In this document: one piece after another, positions 1-6,462 of the stretch
Position numbering within the stretch: the stretch's first letter is position 1
How the letters are laid out: each line of letters opens with the position of its first letter
Source of the DNA: a virus
Length of the DNA: 36,864 nucleotides
Reading direction: 5' to 3' (one strand)
UHGV virus genome: UHGV-0204638
The notes under the pieces: generated by a model
What the model saw: only the letters and a program-made list of their open reading frames with translations
Databases searched by the model: none
What the model was told of the DNA's origin: nothing
Program-made: the position numbers and the translations under genes

Positions 1-294
1 ATGTTAAATGTAGGAGAGCTAGCAACTTGGGCTGGTTGGATTATGACAATTATCGGAATGCTGGCATTCGTAATTAAACCAGTAATGTCCAATTTTACAA
101 AAATTGCAGATAATCTGACAAAACTGGCTCATAATCTTGATTTATTAACCAGAGATTTAGAAGCAAGTAAATCAGATCGCGTTGCAATTCATGATGAATT
201 AAAGCGACATGATGAGCGTTTGGATAAACACAACGATCGATTGATTGAACATGGTGAACAATTAAAATCTTTATGGAAAGAAAGAGGGAAGTAA
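1..294 (+). CDS. Holin-associated membrane protein with an N-terminal TM helix and C-terminal coiled coil (XhlA-like). It may be truncated at the 5' window edge.
   Basis: The ORF runs from the window start. It has a hydrophobic N-terminus (WAGWIMTIIGMLAFVI) followed by a charged heptad-like segment. It sits immediately upstream of the holin, as in many Firmicutes phage lysis cassettes. Confidence 0.45.
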   Translation: MLNVGELATWAGWIMTIIGMLAFVIKPVMSNFTKIADNLTKLAHNLDLLTRDLEASKSDRVAIHDELKRHDERLDKHNDRLIEHGEQLKSLWKERGK

Positions 295-295
295 T

Positions 296-538
296 ATGAA
301 GTTAACTAATAAACAGTACGATTTAGCTAAAAAAGTTTTAACCGTTGGGGTGCCAGGTATCACGGCGTTTATCGTAACTCTAGGTGGTTTATATGGATTC
401 TCGACAGAAATTATTGTCGGAACGATCACGGCTGCTGCAACTTTAGCAGGTGTTTTCTTGAATATCGCTAGCAGCCAGTATCAAGATGAGCAAAAACCAG
501 ATTACGGTGAGGGGCAGGAGTTTACCGACAAGAAATAG
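296..538 (+). CDS. Phage holin with two TM helices and a charged C-terminal tail.
   Basis: The 80-aa protein has two hydrophobic helices (VLTVGVPGITAFIVTLGGLYGF and IIVGTITAAATLAGVFLNIA) and an acidic/basic C-terminus. The RBS is GAAAGAGGGAAG. It lies directly upstream of the endolysin. Confidence 0.7.
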   Translation: MKLTNKQYDLAKKVLTVGVPGITAFIVTLGGLYGFSTEIIVGTITAAATLAGVFLNIASSQYQDEQKPDYGEGQEFTDKK

Positions 539-570
539 TAGCTGTTAGCTACTATTTTTAATTTGAAAGG

Positions 571-1362
571 ATGATCAACATGAACATTGAACAAATGATT
601 AAATGGATGACTGATCGTGAAGGTAAAGTAACCTACTCAATGACAAGTCGCTTAGGACCCAAAAGCTACGACTGTTCTTCTGCTGTGTTCTTTTCCATGA
701 TCGCTGGTGGATTTCTGCCTAGTGGATCGATGGGTAACACTGAAACATTGTTTGCAATGTCAGGTACTAAACTGAAAAAAATCAGTCGATCAGAAGTGAA
801 ACGTGGAGATATTTTTGTTGCTGGTACTCCTGGTCAATCCAACGGATCAGGGGGACATACAGGTATTTTCCTAAGCAATAAGAGTTTCATTCATTGTTCG
901 TATTATTGGAACGGAATCCATACAGATAGCCATGATTCATACATGAGTACCAGGTTAACGCATCATTTTTATCGAATTGTTGCAGCTGGCGATGTTAAAC
1001 CTACCGAAAACAACCCTCAGATGATTCAATTAGCAATCGATGGACAATTCGGCAATGCTACGGCGAGACGCTTGCAAGAATACTTTGATACTGCTGGTAA
1101 AGATGGCATTATAAGTCATCAATACAAGCAAAAATTTAATCAGAACGTTTATGCTGCTCAATTCGATAGTTCTTTGATTGGATCAAATGTTGTTGTGGCA
1201 TTGCAAAAGTATTTGGGTGTAACAGAAGATGGTCTAATGGGCCAAGCGACTATCAAAGCATTCCAAAAACGATTGGGTACTATGCCAGACGGTATTATTA
1301 GTCCTGTTTCGAGCATGGTTTCTGCTTTACAGAAAGCATTGAACAACAACAAATTGCCTTAA
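571..1362 (+). CDS. Endolysin 1: Amidase_5-type N-acetylmuramoyl-L-alanine amidase domain plus a C-terminal PG_binding_1 peptidoglycan-binding repeat pair.
   Basis: The N-terminal motif KVTYSMTSRLGPKSYDCSSAVFFSM...GGHTGIF matches the Pal/Amidase_5 phage lysin signature (YSM..R.GP.SYDCSS). Two C-terminal repeats (DGQFGNATARRLQEYF and EDGLMGQATIKAFQKRLG) are PG_binding_1-like. The RBS AAAGGA lies 8 nt upstream. Confidence 0.75.
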   Translation: MINMNIEQMIKWMTDREGKVTYSMTSRLGPKSYDCSSAVFFSMIAGGFLPSGSMGNTETLFAMSGTKLKKISRSEVKRGDIFVAGTPGQSNGSGGHTGIFLSNKSFIHCSYYWNGIHTDSHDSYMSTRLTHHFYRIVAAGDVKPTENNPQMIQLAIDGQFGNATARRLQEYFDTAGKDGIISHQYKQKFNQNVYAAQFDSSLIGSNVVVALQKYLGVTEDGLMGQATIKAFQKRLGTMPDGIISPVSSMVSALQKALNNNKLP

Positions 1363-1407
1363 ACCAATTTCGCAAATAATTGCAAACCATTGATAGGAGT
1401 TGTCAGA

Positions 1408-1788
1408 ATGACTAATGAAACCAGAGCACACATTCGCAGTATACTATGGCAGTATAAAAAGATCGAAAAAACGTTTAAAGAATTCTCGGATATTATTGCA
1501 ACAGATAGGAACCCTTATATGGAATACCCATTAGGTGAAGAAAATCCAAGTTGGACAATGAATCAAATTTTATTTTACAAATCATTTTTAAGAGTAGTTA
1601 ATGGTGTCTTAGAAGATTCAACACTTGATGTTAGAGATATATTTTACGTGAAGTATTACAGCGGCCATTCTAAGAAATGTATAGCGGTTGTATCTGCGGA
1701 AACTTTTCTAAGCGAATCTACTATAAAGAGAAGAGATGCGGAATTCATTAATGAAATCGCAAAAAGATTAGGTTGGTTATCGGTTTGA
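1408..1788 (+). CDS. ArpU-family-like transcriptional regulator, a paralogue of the late regulator at 16674-17090.
   Basis: The N-terminal ETRAHIRSILWQYKKIEK parallels NARYVLKNYRRLER of the canonical ArpU at 16674. The C-terminal ESTIKRRDAEFINEIAKRLGW resembles the sigma region-4-like end of ArpU proteins. The RBS TAGGAG is 8 nt before the ATG at 1408; the tracked ORF begins at TTG 1390. Confidence 0.5.
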   Translation: MTNETRAHIRSILWQYKKIEKTFKEFSDIIATDRNPYMEYPLGEENPSWTMNQILFYKSFLRVVNGVLEDSTLDVRDIFYVKYYSGHSKKCIAVVSAETFLSESTIKRRDAEFINEIAKRLGWLSV

Positions 1789-1841
1789 CCTCTTTCAATA
1801 CCTCTCATGGTTTATCCTTTAATTAAGGACGTACGTTCACC

Positions 1842-2765
1842 ATGGACGCATGGTTGAAAAGAAAGGGGAAGATAGAATTGGCTAGTATTGAAAATATGAT
1901 CAAATGGTTTAAGGATCGAGAAGGTAAAGTAACTTATTCAATGAATTCTCGATTAGGACCAAATAGTTATGACTGTAGTTCGGCTGTGTATTTCTCATTG
2001 ATTGCAGGAGGTTTCTTACCTTCTGGAACAGGGATTGGAAATACAGATTCACTATTTGCGTTAGAAGGTAAATTGCTTACTTCGATTACTCGTTCTGAAG
2101 TGAAACGGGGAGATATTTTTGTTGCAGGGTACAAGGGAAACTCTGGCGGTTCGGATGGACACACTGGGGTTTTTGTTGATAGTACAAATATTATTCATTG
2201 TACCTTAGGAGGCGGGAAAAATGGAATCGTAACGACGCCAGCTACAAATTGGATGGGAGATTATAGTGGATTGCCAGTATACTTTTATCGATTAAAGGGC
2301 GCTAATCCTCCATTTAAGTACAAAGTGGATGACGTTGTTTATATCAAAAACAATGCTACTCATTACTTTAATGGTGACTTAATTAGTGATAACGACAAGA
2401 AACTTGCTGGAAAAGTAACGGGTGTTAAGTATGACGACACCGGTCGAAATGGTGAGCATAACTTAGTATTTGTAAAACAAGTTCAAACACCTACAATTAT
2501 TAATCACTGGACCTTAGAACGTGATCTGGAGAAGTGGTCTCCAACAACTACCTATATTTCTAATGGTGAAATTGTTAAATTTAAAGCAGCAGCACAGAGA
2601 ACAGTAGAGGGAACGCTATTGACATCTGCTCAGAAATCAAAAAGTGTAAAAAAAGTCGATACAATCGATATTGCACCAGTGAATGTTGGTACAGGTACTA
2701 GTTATCGTAAGTACAAGCTTGAGGGTATTTCTGGATGGATCTATGAAACTGATGTTCAAAAATGA
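1842..2765 (+). CDS. Endolysin 2: Amidase_5-type catalytic domain plus a C-terminal SH3b-like wall-binding region. The alternative TTG start at 1878 better matches the lysin-1 N-terminus.
   Basis: IENMIKWFKDREGKVTYSMNSRLGPNSYDCSSAVYFSL...DGHTGVF parallels lysin 1 (about 70% aa identity over the catalytic domain). The C-terminal 150 aa are unrelated to the lysin-1 binding domain and end in GWIYETDV, which is SH3_5-like. Confidence 0.7.
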   Translation: MDAWLKRKGKIELASIENMIKWFKDREGKVTYSMNSRLGPNSYDCSSAVYFSLIAGGFLPSGTGIGNTDSLFALEGKLLTSITRSEVKRGDIFVAGYKGNSGGSDGHTGVFVDSTNIIHCTLGGGKNGIVTTPATNWMGDYSGLPVYFYRLKGANPPFKYKVDDVVYIKNNATHYFNGDLISDNDKKLAGKVTGVKYDDTGRNGEHNLVFVKQVQTPTIINHWTLERDLEKWSPTTTYISNGEIVKFKAAAQRTVEGTLLTSAQKSKSVKKVDTIDIAPVNVGTGTSYRKYKLEGISGWIYETDVQK

Positions 2766-2805
2766 CGTTTCAAGTTAATCGTTTAGTATATCCAAATCAC
2801 AAAAA

Positions 2806-2836
2806 TACCACTCCGTAATGGGAGTGGTATTTTTTT
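2806..2836 (+). terminator. Rho-independent terminator after endolysin 2.
   Basis: ACCACTCC-gtaat-GGGAGTGGT hairpin followed by ATTTTTTTAT. Confidence 0.7.
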
Positions 2837-3132
2837 ATAAATAAATAGCCCGATACGGCGGTCTTGTGCATAGATCATATTCGTTTTACTTGCAGTAACC
2901 AACTTTATCCTATAGATTAGTAGGTGCGTGCAATACTCTACGAGGAGTATTAGGCGGTAATGCTTGGGGAAGTGTGCCTAGTACTCTTCGATTTTTTTAT
3001 TTTAGCATTATTTCAATGTAATAGATATTATTGATTAGAAAACCGTCATAAATTGGTTGAGTTTAATTAATAAAAGATGTAATGTAGAATCATACCAACC
3101 AATTCAATTTTTTTCATTGTTATACTTCTTTT

Positions 3133-3168
3133 GGTCCACTCTATCATAACTAGGGTGGACCTTTTATT
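3133..3168 (+). terminator. Hairpin GGTCCAC-N15-GTGGACC plus TTTTATT. A possible terminator or structured RNA element in the long non-coding stretch.
   Basis: A perfect 7-bp inverted repeat with a 15-nt loop, followed by a T tract. Confidence 0.35.
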
Positions 3169-3272
3169 GAAATAAAAACTATGTTCTTGTAGAATGGAAT
3201 CATAGCCTTGACCGGGGCTATTTCATTTTATATCTTTTTTCAGGCCCGCTCTCCTTGAGGGTGGGTTGTTTT

Positions 3273-3349
3273 GTACCTTTAGCTCAGTAGTTGGTTAGAG
3301 TAGACGGCTCATAACCGTCCGGTTGTAAGTTCGAGTCCTACAAGGTAAA
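3273..3349 (+). tRNA. tRNA-like element with anticodon CAU (Met or lysidine-Ile2 type). It is degenerate: a G1.A72 mismatch, a 12-nt D-loop, one A.C pair in the T-stem and no CCA. Probably a pseudo-tRNA or att-associated tRNA remnant.
   Basis: Folded by hand. Acceptor GTACCTT/AAGGTAA pairs at 6 of 7 positions. D-stem is GCTC/GAGT. Anticodon stem GACGG/CCGTC holds the loop CTCATAA. Variable loop is CGGTT. T-arm is GTAAG-TTCGAGT-CCTAC. Confidence 0.45.
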
Positions 3350-3493
3350 TTAGGTAAGTCTATACGCGAATAATTTTCTTTGATTATCTTCTAAAAAAGA
3401 TTTTTCTCATTTGTCAAGAAGTTTAAGTTTACCAACGAAGTAAATACTGATATAATTTTAAATAGAAATCACACTAATATGTTTTTATTTTTG

Positions 3494-3522
3494 TTGACAA
3501 AAATCATGCAAACCTGTATGAT
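3494..3522 (+). promoter_or_regulatory. Sigma-70-type promoter (TTGACA, 17-nt spacer, TATGAT) driving gene K at 3639.
   Basis: Consensus -35 at 3494-3499 and near-consensus -10 at 3517-3522. Confidence 0.55.
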
Positions 3523-3638
3523 ATTTAGTTAAATTAAGTTTTATAAAGTTTTTTAGAAACGAGGAGGTTTAATGCTAAGATAGTAAAATTCAACTTATTT
3601 TCTGTTGTTTTTGATGATCAGTAGAAAGGAAAATAATT

Positions 3639-4076
3639 ATGAATAAAGAAGAATTATTGAATTTTTTAAAAGAGAATGATATACCAGAAGATCTTTTTGT
3701 TTTTCGTGATGAGCCTAGTTATTCGATGAATATTCTTTTAGGTTTAGAAAAAAAGTATAATATCTCTACAAAACATGTTGTTAATGGTGTATTAACAGAA
3801 AAATCATTAAATGAGCTATCTGGATTGACTAAAGATGATCACGAACTGTGGCTAGATACTTACCAGACGTTTAACTTTTTCAAAGGCAATGACGATGATA
3901 TAAATATCGTTCCTGAGAGTACGGATTTAGATTATTCTATTTCGCAACCAGTATACTCTATTTCATCTGAAGATCAAAATATAAAAAAAGAAGTTGGATT
4001 TTTTTATCCCACTTCTTTTTTCTTTTACTCTTTTTTACAAATAATATTATTTATTTTAACACCTTTTTTGGGATGA
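3639..4076 (+). CDS. Hypothetical 145-aa protein (gene K) with a hydrophobic C-terminal tail. It converges on and overlaps the - strand gene J by about 50 bp.
   Basis: ORF preceded by RBS GAAAGGAAAA and the promoter above. The C-terminal FFFYSFLQIILFILTPFLG is hydrophobic. No recognisable catalytic motifs. Confidence 0.45.
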   Translation: MNKEELLNFLKENDIPEDLFVFRDEPSYSMNILLGLEKKYNISTKHVVNGVLTEKSLNELSGLTKDDHELWLDTYQTFNFFKGNDDDINIVPESTDLDYSISQPVYSISSEDQNIKKEVGFFYPTSFFFYSFLQIILFILTPFLG

Positions 4077-4597
4077 AATATAAATTTGCTATTCGAAGCA
4101 CTAATATCAATAGCAGAATTAGCTATCATTGATATTACTCTTTCTCCAGGGTAAGTGTACCCAGCATCTGTGGTCATCAAAACACTTTGAACACATAATG
4201 ACATTCCATTGTCAAATAAATTCAAACTTTTTTCTATTATATTATTCGTGTTTATTCGACTCCCCGGAACTATAATATCTTCAAATGGAAGACTAGAAAG
4301 AATCAATTCTATATTATAAGACGCTAGTTTTTCTCTAACTTCAAATGTTGATGTTTCTGGAGTAAACTCTATTACCTCCCCATCGTCATTCTTTTTATAG
4401 ATTGGTTCGTTTGCAGGGAAAGAGACAGCAATCACTGAAATGTCATCGCCCGAAATTTTTGACTTTGCTCTGATAGCAGCTTGTCCATCTTTTGTGAATA
4501 TCAAAATTTTTGATATTTTGTTCTTTTTTGCGTAATCTAAAACAATCGCTAGGTTCTCATCGAAGTTACTCACTAAATTTGTTGTTAATTTTTTCAT
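4025..4597 (-). CDS. Hypothetical 190-aa protein (gene J) with a pyruvate-kinase C-terminal (PK_C)-like alpha/beta domain signature. It is the last gene of the five-gene - strand cassette.
   Basis: The start at 4597 has RBS AGGAAGG 8 nt upstream; the tracked ORF extends to 4672 with no SD. ILIFTKDGQAAIRAKSKISGDDISVIAVSFP resembles the PK_C motif (vvlTesGrsA..vSkyrP..pIiavT). The PK_C assignment is tentative. Confidence 0.45.
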   Translation of the reverse strand: MKKLTTNLVSNFDENLAIVLDYAKKNKISKILIFTKDGQAAIRAKSKISGDDISVIAVSFPANEPIYKKNDDGEVIEFTPETSTFEVREKLASYNIELILSSLPFEDIIVPGSRINTNNIIEKSLNLFDNGMSLCVQSVLMTTDAGYTYPGERVISMIANSAIDISASNSKFIFHPKKGVKINNIICKKE

Positions 4598-4613
4598 TTG
4601 ACATACCTTCCTG

Positions 4614-5144
4614 TTATTCGTTAAGTTGGGCTTTGTACCATTCGTTATGCTCATTATCATAAGGATGTTCATTGGTATGGTTAATATAATGCGAAAAAAT
4701 ATAGATTGCTTTTAAACAATTCATTCTTTCTATATTAATTCCTATATCTTCTGGATAAATTAAATGTTCCTTACTCCATACATTTCCATCTGCATTAGCG
4801 TGTATAGGTGGAAAGCCTTTTTTCGCTTCGTTAAAATCTAAATCAAACCTTACAAAATCAGATTTATTTTCTTTGTTTTGTAAATGGAAAGAAAAATTTT
4901 TGATGTCAGTTTTATCGGTAAAACTATATGATTTTTCTTTAAGTATCACTTTAAAGTCAGGAATATCATCTAAAACACCATCTATTATCTTGATTTCAAA
5001 CATTTTTAATTTGTCATCTTTCTCATCGAATCTAACATCAAAAGGTACGTTTGAACTTGTACTAACTCTATTTCTAATCAATTCAATTAGCTTTTTAAGA
5101 TAGGTGGCTAAGTTTTCATCTATTATATGTCTATATTCTGTCAT
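4614..5144 (-). CDS. Hypothetical 176-aa protein (gene I), 16 nt upstream of gene J.
   Basis: The RBS TGGAGTAAG precedes the ATG at 5144. The protein is hydrophilic with no recognisable motifs. Confidence 0.5.
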   Translation of the reverse strand: MTEYRHIIDENLATYLKKLIELIRNRVSTSSNVPFDVRFDEKDDKLKMFEIKIIDGVLDDIPDFKVILKEKSYSFTDKTDIKNFSFHLQNKENKSDFVRFDLDFNEAKKGFPPIHANADGNVWSKEHLIYPEDIGINIERMNCLKAIYIFSHYINHTNEHPYDNEHNEWYKAQLNE

Positions 5145-5190
5145 AGCTTACTCCAATTTTTACTAATATAATAATTAAAGCAAATAAACT

Positions 5191-5517
5191 TTACAAATAC
5201 AAGTTTTTAATGATTGAAAAACAAAAAATATGAGGCATTGTAAAAAAACTTAGAATGCTAAGGTCTTTATTCATTGCTTCAAATTCAATCATAATCTTCG
5301 TCTTTCCGATCACCGAATATTTCTTCACAACAAATTGTTTCCTACTATTATACTCACCAGCAACCACAATTTGCATTCTTTCATCTACATCTGCCAAGAA
5401 GTTCAAACTATGCGCTGCAATCAAGCAATTCTCATTATCCAAAGAGAACCGCACCAAAGGGGTCTTGCTCATCTTCAATACACGTATCTTCGATACAAAG
5501 CCTTTCATCGATTTCAT
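5191..5517 (-). CDS. Hypothetical protein of about 108 aa (gene H). Its start overlaps the 3' end of gene G in another frame.
   Basis: A strong GGAGG RBS sits 8 nt before the ATG at 5517 (MKSMKGFVSKIRV...). The tracked ORF extends to 5544. The overlap with G may be genuine or one of the two calls may be wrong. Confidence 0.4.
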   Translation of the reverse strand: MKSMKGFVSKIRVLKMSKTPLVRFSLDNENCLIAAHSLNFLADVDERMQIVVAGEYNSRKQFVVKKYSVIGKTKIMIEFEAMNKDLSILSFFTMPHIFCFSIIKNLYL

Positions 5518-5704
5518 AACAATCGCCTCCGTAAGCTTGTACATAATAGCAACAATCCGTTTTACCTAAAGTGACAGCAACATAAAACTCGACACATTTT
5601 GAGCCGAATAATGCTTCCTGTGATTCAGAAATAGAGTCGGGAAATGCGTTTATAAACTCAGGAAGAGATAAGTAGCCTTGATCGTATTGGCTGATTATGT
5701 TCAT
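5435..5704 (-). CDS. Hypothetical 89-aa protein (gene G) with a possible SUKH/SMI1-KNR4-like immunity-protein pattern. Its start overlaps the stop of gene F (TAATG).
   Basis: The sequence LSLPEFINAF...ALFG...VAVTLGKTDCCYYVQAYGGDCYEID resembles the LPxxY...G..y.ld motif order of SUKH domains. Resemblance is weak. Confidence 0.35.
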   Translation of the reverse strand: MNIISQYDQGYLSLPEFINAFPDSISESQEALFGSKCVEFYVAVTLGKTDCCYYVQAYGGDCYEIDERLCIEDTCIEDEQDPFGAVLFG

Positions 5705-6057
5705 TACACATCAAACCACTTTTTCTCAGAAAAGAAATCTATATTTCGAATTTCACCATATTCTATGAGGGTGGACCCGATGTAGATTCCCAGATCATTG
5801 TGACCAGACAGAAAACCGGTTATATCGGGCATGAATTTTCCCAACTGAGTATAATTTAGTTGCACGGCTAACTTTTTGTGTTTCATAAGCGCTTCTTGAA
5901 GAAACTTTCCTATTTCTTCTTCATCCATTTCTGGTTTAGGAGAGCATACATAAGCTAACTCTTTGTCGACTCTATCAATATCAGTTGTATGTTCAGACAA
6001 GAAGAATCCTATCCACTTTAATTTTTTACGATCCTCGTAAGGTTTAATCATTCCCAT
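5704..6057 (-). CDS. Hypothetical 117-aa protein (gene F), the first gene of the - strand cassette.
   Basis: The RBS GAGGAG is 8 nt before the ATG at 6057; the tracked ORF begins three codons earlier at a GTG. An AT-rich promoter-like region (TATAAT) and a GAAC-N4-GTTC palindrome lie upstream. Confidence 0.45.
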   Translation of the reverse strand: MGMIKPYEDRKKLKWIGFFLSEHTTDIDRVDKELAYVCSPKPEMDEEEIGKFLQEALMKHKKLAVQLNYTQLGKFMPDITGFLSGHNDLGIYIGSTLIEYGEIRNIDFFSEKKWFDV

Positions 6058-6159
6058 AATTATCACTCCTCACGGAAAAGTATACGAACGTTTGTTCTCT
6101 TTGTAAAGCGAACAGAATTATAAATTTAAAATTAGAATTGATAGAAACATCTAAAATTT

Positions 6160-6184
6160 CTGGTGATAGTTTTGGTGATAGTGA
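6160..6184. repeat. 25-bp perfect direct repeat, copy 1 (CTGGTGATAGTTTTGGTGATAGTGA). It is itself a tandem of the 10-mer TGGTGATAGT.
   Basis: Exact match to 6424-6448. Candidate integrase arm-type binding sites flanking the att core. Confidence 0.6.
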
Positions 6185-6423
6185 ATCTAAATATAAGAAA
6201 AGTTAGAAACAAAAAACACTAATAAAAGCACTGATATTAAAGGGTTTTGGTAAATGGGAAACAATAGGAAATGGGGAAGAGGTACAAGAAAAACATGTTC
6301 GCCTTACTTGGCAAACCAGGTTTCGAAGATCTTGCAAAAGAATTGAACGAACGTCTATAAACCAATACTTTTAGCACTCATGTAAATTAGTGGTGAACGA
6401 AACATGTTCGCTTTAGTTTATAA

Positions 6424-6448
6424 CTGGTGATAGTTTTGGTGATAGTGA
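6424..6448. repeat. 25-bp perfect direct repeat, copy 2, 15 bp from the integrase stop codon.
   Basis: Exact match to 6160-6184, 264 bp away. Confidence 0.6.
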
Positions 6449-6462
6449 CAAATGAAAAGCAC

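Noticed and set aside
1158-1352. Antisense 64-aa ORF inside endolysin 1; likewise 1967..2164 inside endolysin 2.
   Set aside because: Both are fully embedded opposite well-supported lysin coding sequence. They have no RBS and a low-complexity translation.
5255-5574. + strand ORFs 5255..5569 and 5335..5574 opposite cassette genes G and H.
   Set aside because: The translations are hydrophobic low-complexity. They are antisense to ORFs with good RBSs (GGAGG for H) and lack any SD of their own.
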